From Methanobacteriota archaeon (lineage in GTDB: Archaea; Thermoplasmatota; Thermoplasmata; Thermoplasmatales; ARK-15): a stretch of 64,000 bases of DNA. The translations under genes and the position numbers were made by a program. Below are positions 57,349 through 64,000 of the stretch, in pieces. Below the pieces are notes generated by a model. It searched no databases and was not told the origin of the DNA. It saw only the letters and a program-made list of their open reading frames with translations. The stretch is from the NCBI GenBank assembly GCA_009758405.1, contig WSBC01000032.1, forward strand, positions 87,934-151,933, given 5' to 3'. Within the stretch, counting starts at the first letter, position 1; the number at the start of each line of letters is the position of its first letter.

Positions 57349-57383
57349 AAATATTAAATAGAAGCCACATTTATATAAAGTTT

Positions 57384-57902
57384 ATGTATTACAGGGTGGA
57401 AGAGGATACTTTACTTCTCCTTGATAACATCAGTCCCAGGGGAAAGGTCCTTGAGGTAGGAGCAGGATCTGGTTATATATCCCTTGAGCTTGCAAAGAGG
57501 GGATTTGACGTAACAGCTACAGATATAGATGAAGATGCAATAAGCCACATGGAATACGTATCAAAAATGGAGAAATTGAATATAAGAATAGTAAAATCGG
57601 ATCTTTTTGAAAATATTGAGGGTGAATTTGATACTATTATATTCAATCCACCTTATTTACCTGGGAATATTACCCAGGATATTGCGATTTACGGTGGTAT
57701 GATGGGACAGGAGATAGTTGAACGTTTTTTGGAACAGGCATATGATCATCTAAGTAAAAATGGCACAATATACGTTATTTTTAGCTCTTACAATGATATT
57801 GAAAAATTAAGAAAAAAATTTTATTTTTATTCATTTAAGGAGATTGCAAGAAAAAATTTTTTCTTTCATAGTATATATGTTTACAGGTTGGAGAAAAAAT
57901 GA
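57384..57902 (+). CDS. HemK/Mtq2-like SAM-dependent methyltransferase (NPPY)
   Basis: 172 aa. VLEVGAGSGYISLELA (motif I) and IIFNPPYLP (motif IV). Confidence 0.65.
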   Translation: MYYRVEEDTLLLLDNISPRGKVLEVGAGSGYISLELAKRGFDVTATDIDEDAISHMEYVSKMEKLNIRIVKSDLFENIEGEFDTIIFNPPYLPGNITQDIAIYGGMMGQEIVERFLEQAYDHLSKNGTIYVIFSSYNDIEKLRKKFYFYSFKEIARKNFFFHSIYVYRLEKK

Positions 57903-58552
57903 GATCTTTAAAGGATCTTGTGGAGGAGCTTGAGAGGGAGGGATTTATCAGGTCAAGGGAAGTAAAGGAGGCGATGTTAAACATAGATAGGAGAAATTTT
58001 GTTCCCTATATTCATAGGGAAGAGGCATATCTTGATGAGCCTCTACCAATAGGCGAGGACCAGACAATATCCGCCCCTCATATGGTTGCTATAATGCTTG
58101 AACTTTTAGAAATTAAAAAGGGAATGAAGGTTCTCGAGATCGGTGCAGGATCAGGATATAATGCATGCCTAATTGAATTCCTTGCATATCCTGGTAAGGT
58201 AATAAGCATAGAAAGGCAGAAGTCCCTTTATTATATAGCACAAGAAAATGTAAAAAGATGCCCCTATTCAGAAAACATAAAAATAATATTTGGGGACGGA
58301 TCCATGGGATATCCAGAAGAGGCCCCGTTTGATAGGATAGTTGTTACTTGCGGTGCCCCTGATATTCCAAACGTTCTTCTTGAACAGTTATCAATAGATG
58401 GTATAATGTTGATACCAGTAGGCGGGCATTATTTTCAAGAGCTTTACAGGGTGATTAAAAGGAAGGAGGGGATTACAAAAGAAAATCATGGCTCTGTTGC
58501 CTTTGTTCCCATGATTGGTAAATATGGATTTAAAGAAGAATTTTATATTTAA
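57899..58552 (+). CDS. pcm: Protein-L-isoaspartate O-methyltransferase
   Basis: 217 aa. QTISAPHMVA, VLEIGAGSGYNA and GGHYFQEL-type C-terminus. Confidence 0.85.
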   Translation: MRSLKDLVEELEREGFIRSREVKEAMLNIDRRNFVPYIHREEAYLDEPLPIGEDQTISAPHMVAIMLELLEIKKGMKVLEIGAGSGYNACLIEFLAYPGKVISIERQKSLYYIAQENVKRCPYSENIKIIFGDGSMGYPEEAPFDRIVVTCGAPDIPNVLLEQLSIDGIMLIPVGGHYFQELYRVIKRKEGITKENHGSVAFVPMIGKYGFKEEFYI

Positions 58553-58581
58553 ATGTAATATCTTAATTTGGGTGCAAAAAT

Positions 58582-59586
58582 ATGGTAAGAGTGGCTATTA
58601 ATGGTTTTGGAAGAATTGGGAGGCTTACGTACAGGATAGCTCTGGAGAGGAAGGACATAGAGATTGTGGCCGTAAATGACCTTGTTGATGCAAAATCCCT
58701 TGCGCATCTTTTGAAGTATGATAGTAACTACGGTACCCTTAATGCAGATGTAAAGGCCGGTGAAAATTATTTTGAGGTAAATGGTAAAAAAACACTTACA
58801 TTCAGTGAAAAGGACCCTTCAAAACTTCCCTGGAAAGATCTCAATGTGGACATTGTTGTTGAATCCACCGGCCAGTTCACTGATGCCCAGAAGGCGGTAG
58901 CCCATATAAACGCGGGTGCAAAGAAGGTAATAATTTCTGCCCCTGCAAAGAATGAGGATTTTACTGTGGTATTAGGTGTAAACGAAGAGAAATACGATCC
59001 AAAGAAGCATAAAATAATCTCAAACGGATCTTGCACTACCAACTGCATTACTCCCATAGTCAAGGTAATAAATGATGAGTTTGGTATTGAAAAATCCTTC
59101 ATGAATACTGTCCATTCAGTTACCATGGACCAGAGACTTCAGGATGCTCCCCATAAGGACTTCAGAAGAATGAGGGCAGCTTCACAGTCAATCATTCCCA
59201 CCTCTACGGGAGCAGCCAAGTCTGTAGCAGTGGTAATACCTGAGATGAAGGGTAAGTTTGAGGCACTTTCAATGAGGGTTCCCACCAGTACAGTAAGTGT
59301 TGTTGATTTTGTAGCCCTTGTAAAAAAGAATACCACAAGGGAGGAGATACTGAAGGCATTCGAAAAATATGCAAATGGTAGGATGAAGGGGATCCTGGGA
59401 ATTTCATACGAACCCCTAGTATCCATAGACTTTAAGGGAACTACCTACTCAGCAGTGGTAGACGCTGAGCTAATCCAGGTGAATGGAGAAAACTTAATAA
59501 AAGTGGTGGCATGGTATGATAATGAGTATGGATATGCCTGCAGGTTAGTGGACCTGATAGAATATATCCAGCAAAAAGGAATCTAG
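58582..59586 (+). CDS. gap: Class I (bacterial/eukaryal-type) glyceraldehyde-3-phosphate dehydrogenase
   Basis: 334 aa. INGFGRIGR, catalytic SNGSCTTNC and WYDNEYGY. Confidence 0.9.
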   Translation: MVRVAINGFGRIGRLTYRIALERKDIEIVAVNDLVDAKSLAHLLKYDSNYGTLNADVKAGENYFEVNGKKTLTFSEKDPSKLPWKDLNVDIVVESTGQFTDAQKAVAHINAGAKKVIISAPAKNEDFTVVLGVNEEKYDPKKHKIISNGSCTTNCITPIVKVINDEFGIEKSFMNTVHSVTMDQRLQDAPHKDFRRMRAASQSIIPTSTGAAKSVAVVIPEMKGKFEALSMRVPTSTVSVVDFVALVKKNTTREEILKAFEKYANGRMKGILGISYEPLVSIDFKGTTYSAVVDAELIQVNGENLIKVVAWYDNEYGYACRLVDLIEYIQQKGI

Positions 59587-59592
59587 TGGTGT

Positions 59593-60555
59593 TTGAAGGT
59601 GGCAAAGGAAAAAAAGGTAGAAAGTATTGAGGATCTTCCAGGTGTAGGCCCTGCAATAGCCGAAAAGCTGAGGGATGCGGGATTTACAGATCTCATTACA
59701 CTTGCAGTTACACCTCCCGCAGACATAGCGGTAGCTGCAGAAATAGGGGAGGCACAGGCAAAGAAAATAGTTGAGGCTGCAAGGAAGTTTGCGGATGTAG
59801 GAAATTTTGTAACAGGGGATGTGGTACTTGAAAGAAGGCAGCACATTTCAAAGCTTACAACAGGATCCCAGGCCCTTGACAACCTTCTTGGTGGTGGATT
59901 AGAAACACAGGCAATAACAGAACTTTTTGGTCCCTTTGGTTCAGGAAAGACACAGATTATACATCAGTTATTGGTGAATGTCACTATGCCTGAGGAAAGA
60001 AAGGGGCTCAACGGTGAGGCAATCCTTATAGACACTGAAAATACATTTAGGCCTGAGAGGATAGAGCAGATGTCCCTTGCTCTTAACCTAGACCCAAAAG
60101 AGGTACTTAAAAAAATACATGTGGCAAGGGCATATAACTCTAGCCATCAGATGCTTCTTGTTGAAAAGGCATTTGAGACAGCAAAGCAGAATCCAATTAG
60201 GCTCATTGCTGTTGATTCACTTACGGCACATTTCAGGGTGGAGTATACAGGTAGGGGTGCCCTTGCTGAAAGGCAGCAGATGCTTAACAGGCATATGCAT
60301 GATCTTCTCAGGTTTGCGGACATATATAATGCAGTTGTGGCTGTTACAAACCAGGTATCAGCCAGACCAGATGTATTCTTTGGTGATCCAAATCAGCCAA
60401 TTGGTGGGAATATTGTTGGCCATACTGCCACATTCAGAATCTCCCTCAGGAGATCTAAGGGGGATAAGAGAATAGCAAGGCTAATCGATTCACCCTCATT
60501 ACCTGAGGGTGAGGTGGTAATTGTAATAAATTCTGAAGGTGTCAGGGACGGCTAG
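59593..60555 (+). CDS. radA: DNA repair and recombination protein RadA
   Basis: 320 aa. N-terminal HhH ([17 protein letters not shown]) and Walker [13 protein letters not shown] start in the track, with GTG 59599 as an alternative. Confidence 0.9.
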   Translation: MKVAKEKKVESIEDLPGVGPAIAEKLRDAGFTDLITLAVTPPADIAVAAEIGEAQAKKIVEAARKFADVGNFVTGDVVLERRQHISKLTTGSQALDNLLGGGLETQAITELFGPFGSGKTQIIHQLLVNVTMPEERKGLNGEAILIDTENTFRPERIEQMSLALNLDPKEVLKKIHVARAYNSSHQMLLVEKAFETAKQNPIRLIAVDSLTAHFRVEYTGRGALAERQQMLNRHMHDLLRFADIYNAVVAVTNQVSARPDVFFGDPNQPIGGNIVGHTATFRISLRRSKGDKRIARLIDSPSLPEGEVVIVINSEGVRDG

Positions 60556-61577
60556 ACCTTGTATCTCAGTATTGCCCCTATCCCTCCAAAGTTTTTTAAT
60601 ATTTTTCCATATTCATGATGAGAGCTGATTATTTTCACACTTCCACCATTTTCCTCAACAATATTCATAACCCTTCGGAAATCATCATCCTTTATTTTTG
60701 TATCAAGGATCAATAATGTATCTACTGCACCCATTTCTGCATATTTTTTAGTCTCTTCAATACCGTATGCATACTTTCCCTCTTTTCCAATCTCTTCAAG
60801 AAATAATGAAACAAGCTTCACCTCTTCACCCACCCTAAAGTCCTTCATTATCTTTTCCAATGCTCCGGACCTCAGGGCCTCATAAATACCCTTTTCACCC
60901 GCATAGGAGGTATCCAGAGTGATAATGCTCTTTTTTATTCTTTGGTCTTCTATCCTTTTAATAAAATTCTCCTTGAAAAAACCAGGACCAATAACAAAAA
61001 TGGGAATGTTTTCATTCCAATATTGCAATACCTTTTTTATTACCTCATCATAGTTTGTTTCTTCACCCTCCATTTCTTTTGATTGTCTAGAAAGCCTTAT
61101 TTCAGCAAGAACCTGAATACCATAGTCCCTCAAAAGAGCTAGAGTGGCAGATTCATCATCAATGGAAATAAAAAGAGCCTGTGAACTCCTTTTTTCAGAT
61201 CTTTCAAGTTCCTCAATCATTTTCTTGGATATTTCCTTCTTTATTATTTCTATCTCATCCCCTGGGGAAAAATTGAGACTTTGGTAATGACCTATATATT
61301 CCTCAGGTCCAATTTTTATTTTACCCCTTATCCTTAATCTATCTGTAAACTCCTGAAATTCCAAATCTTCTACCTCTATACCCACCTCTATCCTAATTCT
61401 CTCACCCTTCTTTGATCTTATAGAATCTGATCTATCCTCACTCTTTCTAAAGGTGGTCCCAAGAACTATATCATCCTTTTCAATAAAATTTGATAGGAAC
61501 CATAAATCATCAATGTTTGTTATCAATAATCTCAGGTATTTTTCATCCTCCCTGATCTCCTCTATCTTCAATTCCAA
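60552..61577 (-). CDS. pelA: Pelota (Dom34) ribosome-rescue factor
   Basis: 341 aa. N-terminal [12 protein letters not shown] motif and an eRF1-like central and C-terminal layout. Confidence 0.85.
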   Translation of the reverse strand: MELKIEEIREDEKYLRLLITNIDDLWFLSNFIEKDDIVLGTTFRKSEDRSDSIRSKKGERIRIEVGIEVEDLEFQEFTDRLRIRGKIKIGPEEYIGHYQSLNFSPGDEIEIIKKEISKKMIEELERSEKRSSQALFISIDDESATLALLRDYGIQVLAEIRLSRQSKEMEGEETNYDEVIKKVLQYWNENIPIFVIGPGFFKENFIKRIEDQRIKKSIITLDTSYAGEKGIYEALRSGALEKIMKDFRVGEEVKLVSLFLEEIGKEGKYAYGIEETKKYAEMGAVDTLLILDTKIKDDDFRRVMNIVEENGGSVKIISSHHEYGKILKNFGGIGAILRYKV

Positions 61578-62016
61578 GCACCTCCCTAAACGTTTCCATT
61601 ATCTTTTTTGTATGAGTACCCATCCAGTATACCCTTTTGCATTTTGGGCAGATAAAGAATACATCATGCGTATTAAAGACATTTTCAGGGACCTTTCCCC
61701 TGACATTTTCCTTATCAATTTTTTCCAGTGGGACATTGCATACACTACATCTACTTAGCATATTTTCAGTTTTCAGGCCAATCTTATTATTTACCTCCCT
61801 TAGCTGCTCCATATAATTTTCAGATTTTATCAATATTGAATCCCTATACTTTGAATAAAGTAGCTTGTCACGTGTTATTAGTATTCTACCCTCACTTTTT
61901 GCCATATCAATTATTGAATTGTCATCCATTGAATAATCTGGATAGAGCGTATCATAGCCGAGTAACCTTAAGTATTTTGCAAGTCTCCCAAGCATGTGAT
62001 CCGTTATGAATTTCAT
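61543..62016 (-). CDS. Mut7-C/DUF82 RNase-domain protein (PIN-like fold + Zn ribbon)
   Basis: 157 aa. MKFITDHMLGRLAKYLRLLGYDT N-terminus, ILITRD, and CSVCN...CPKCKRVYW ribbon. Confidence 0.75.
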   Translation of the reverse strand: MKFITDHMLGRLAKYLRLLGYDTLYPDYSMDDNSIIDMAKSEGRILITRDKLLYSKYRDSILIKSENYMEQLREVNNKIGLKTENMLSRCSVCNVPLEKIDKENVRGKVPENVFNTHDVFFICPKCKRVYWMGTHTKKIMETFREVLGIEDRGDQGG

Positions 62017-62112
62017 TGATTCAATATAAATAATGGATGATGAAAAATTTTCCCATGTAACTCCTTAATTTTCATCAAGTCTTAAATAGTAAAAAAATTT
62101 TCACCGTATTAT

Positions 62113-63483
62113 ATGAAAATTTACGATACTCTCTCTAGGGAAAAAAAGGAATTCATTCCTCTTGAAGGAAGGAGGGTTAAACTCTTTGTGTGCGGTCCTA
62201 CAGTCTACGACTATTCCCATATAGGTCATGCAAGGACATATGTATTTTTTGATACCATGGCATCTTATTTGAGATACAGGGGATACCATGTATTCTATCT
62301 GCAGAACATTACAGATATAGACGATAAAATAATAAACAGGGGAAGGAATGAGGGAAGGGATCCTCTGGATATATCGATGGAATATACCATCAGATATTTT
62401 GAAGACATGGCATCTCTTAGGATCGATTCTGTAAACATTTATGCCCCTGCCACCTATTATATGGACAGGATAATAGATCAGATACTTAGATTAGAAAAAA
62501 TGGGATTTGCCTACGAAACAGAAGATGGTGTTTATTTTAATGTATTAATGTTCAAGGATTATGGAAAATTATCCCATCAATCTCTTGACACTATAAGGGC
62601 GGGGGCTAGGGTGGAGGTGAATGAAAATAAGAGACATCCAGCGGATTTTGCCCTTTGGAAGAAAAGGAAGGAGGGGGAGCCATATTGGGAATCACCTTGG
62701 GGTGACGGTAGACCAGGCTGGCATATAGAGGATACAGCAATTACAGAATACTACTTTGGTCCACAATATGATATTCATGGTGGTGGCTCTGACCTTATAT
62801 TCCCCCATCATGAGTGCGAGATTGCACAGATGGAATCGGTTAGTGGTAAAAAACCAATGGTAAATTACTGGATGCATACAGGTCTCCTCACAATTAAACA
62901 GGAAAGGATGGGGAAATCCATGGGTAATGTGATTAATATAAGGGATATTTTGGAGAAGTTTGAACCTGAATTGCTAAGGTTTTTCCTTTTATCAAGCCAT
63001 TATAGATCTCCTGTAGACTTTAGCTATGAGAAAATGGAGGAAATAAGGCAGAGCTGGGAAAAGATAGTAATTGCATTCAGGAAGATTTCTAAAATGGAAA
63101 AAGAATCCAATGGAAGATTTATAAATGAAATTAGGAGGTTTAAAGGCATGTTAATAGATTCTATGGATGACGATTTCAATACCCCTGAGGCAATATCTTC
63201 AATACAAGCATTTGTTAATTTTGTAAACAAAAACATGGAGGAAATGGGGGGAGAGGACATAATTGAGTCCATAAAATTCTTTAACGAAATTGATTCAATC
63301 TTCAAAATCATACCACCAGAAAGGGTGGCAGAGGAAAAGATAATAGATATATTATTAAAGGTAAGGCAGATGGCAAGGGAAAAGAAGATGTATGATATCT
63401 CCGATTACATAAGGGAAAAATTGAGAGAAAATAATATCAATATAGAGGATATTCAAGAAGGACAAATATGGTACAAGAAATAA
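62113..63483 (+). CDS. cysS: Cysteinyl-tRNA synthetase
   Basis: 456 aa. CGPTVYDYSHIGHARTY (HIGH) and KMGKSMGN (KMSKS). Confidence 0.95.
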   Translation: MKIYDTLSREKKEFIPLEGRRVKLFVCGPTVYDYSHIGHARTYVFFDTMASYLRYRGYHVFYLQNITDIDDKIINRGRNEGRDPLDISMEYTIRYFEDMASLRIDSVNIYAPATYYMDRIIDQILRLEKMGFAYETEDGVYFNVLMFKDYGKLSHQSLDTIRAGARVEVNENKRHPADFALWKKRKEGEPYWESPWGDGRPGWHIEDTAITEYYFGPQYDIHGGGSDLIFPHHECEIAQMESVSGKKPMVNYWMHTGLLTIKQERMGKSMGNVINIRDILEKFEPELLRFFLLSSHYRSPVDFSYEKMEEIRQSWEKIVIAFRKISKMEKESNGRFINEIRRFKGMLIDSMDDDFNTPEAISSIQAFVNFVNKNMEEMGGEDIIESIKFFNEIDSIFKIIPPERVAEEKIIDILLKVRQMAREKKMYDISDYIREKLRENNINIEDIQEGQIWYKK

Positions 63484-64000
63484 ATTACCTTTATTCACTT
63501 TCAAGATTCGGAATAAGACTAGGATTAGATGCAATGCTTGAATTTTCACATCTTATAGGTGATCCACATAATAATTTCAGGAGTGCACATATAACTGGGA
63601 CAAATGGTAAGGGATCAACGAGCGCAATGCTTTATACAATTCTTAAACAAAAATATTCTACAGGCCTTTATACAAGTCCGCATATTAGGAGATTTAACGA
63701 GAGAATTATAGTAAATGACAGGGAAATAGATGATGAATTCATTGTTAAATGGGTGGGGGAAAAAAGAAAGATAATAGAGGATATGGCTTCAAGGGGAAGG
63801 CAGCCAACATTCTTCGAGGTAACAACTGCAATGGCATTTGATTATTTCAGGAAAATGGGCGTGGATGCGGCTGTGGTAGAGGTAGGAATGGGTGGCAGAC
63901 TTGATTCTACAAACATAATTAATCCAGATGTAACAGGTATTGTTACAGTATCCCTTGAACATACAGATAAGCTAGGGGATACACCAGAAAAAATTGCCTA
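63468..64000 (+). CDS. folC: Folylpolyglutamate synthase/dihydrofolate synthase-like Mur-ligase (partial, continues past the window end)
   Basis: Not in the track because there is no stop in the window. ATG 63468 gives MVQEINYLYSLSRFGIRLGLDAM...ITGTNGKGST (P-loop)...YTSPHI. Overlaps cysS by 16 nt. Confidence 0.75.
   Translation, partial: MVQEINYLYSLSRFGIRLGLDAMLEFSHLIGDPHNNFRSAHITGTNGKGSTSAMLYTILKQKYSTGLYTSPHIRRFNERIIVNDREIDDEFIVKWVGEKRKIIEDMASRGRQPTFFEVTTAMAFDYFRKMGVDAAVVEVGMGGRLDSTNIINPDVTGIVTVSLEHTDKLGDTPEKIA

Noticed and set aside
1-64000. Searched for CRISPR arrays, rRNA genes, prophage/integrase modules, toxin-antitoxin pairs and known defence-system hallmarks
   Set aside because: No regularly spaced direct repeats, no rRNA-like conserved stretches and no integrase other than the IS transposase were found. 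The PIN-type proteins present look like Nob1 and Mut7-C rather than VapC with an antitoxin.

Overview
AT-rich, extremely gene-dense archaeal chromosomal segment. Archaeal markers include a complete A1Ao ATP synthase operon, PAN, RadA, Pelota, aIF6, eS19/eL39/eL31, MBF1, SepF, archease, and GGGP and DGGGP synthases. Gene content and composition suggest a Thermoplasmata-like euryarchaeon, but the lineage cannot be proven from this window. I call about 75 protein genes, many of them overlapping by 1-35 nt. One is a partial SMC gene that the ORF track misses because it runs off the window. Other calls missing from the track: eL39, a 30-codon hydrophobic smORF inside the ATPase operon, 3 tRNAs (Arg-CCU, Cys-GCA, Ala-CGC) and one canonical C/D-box sRNA that exactly fills a convergent intergenic gap. 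There is also one intact 994-bp DDE (IS481-like) insertion sequence with 24-bp inverted repeats and a 15-bp target duplication. I found no CRISPR array, rRNA, prophage or recognisable defence system. The window is rich in metal and ion homeostasis genes (ArsR-Acr3, a second Acr3/BASS paralog, DtxR-Nramp, VIT1, CDF, CPA2+KhtT, MscS). The candidates most worth follow-up are: (1) a Mut7-C/PIN-like RNase overlapping pelota by 35 nt; (2) an orphan 870-aa FtsK/HerA/VirD4-type NTPase translationally coupled to the two ether-lipid prenyltransferases; (3) an arsC-less ars operon led by an internally duplicated four-cluster ferredoxin-like protein; (4) a four-gene overlapping unit (two membrane proteins, CYTH, ferritin-VIT1) divergent from DtxR-Nramp; (5) the hydrophobic smORF between atpD and atpH; (6) very tight tRNA-mRNA junctions, including tRNA-Arg 6 nt upstream of archease. 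All functional calls rest on motif recognition by eye; no database search was run.
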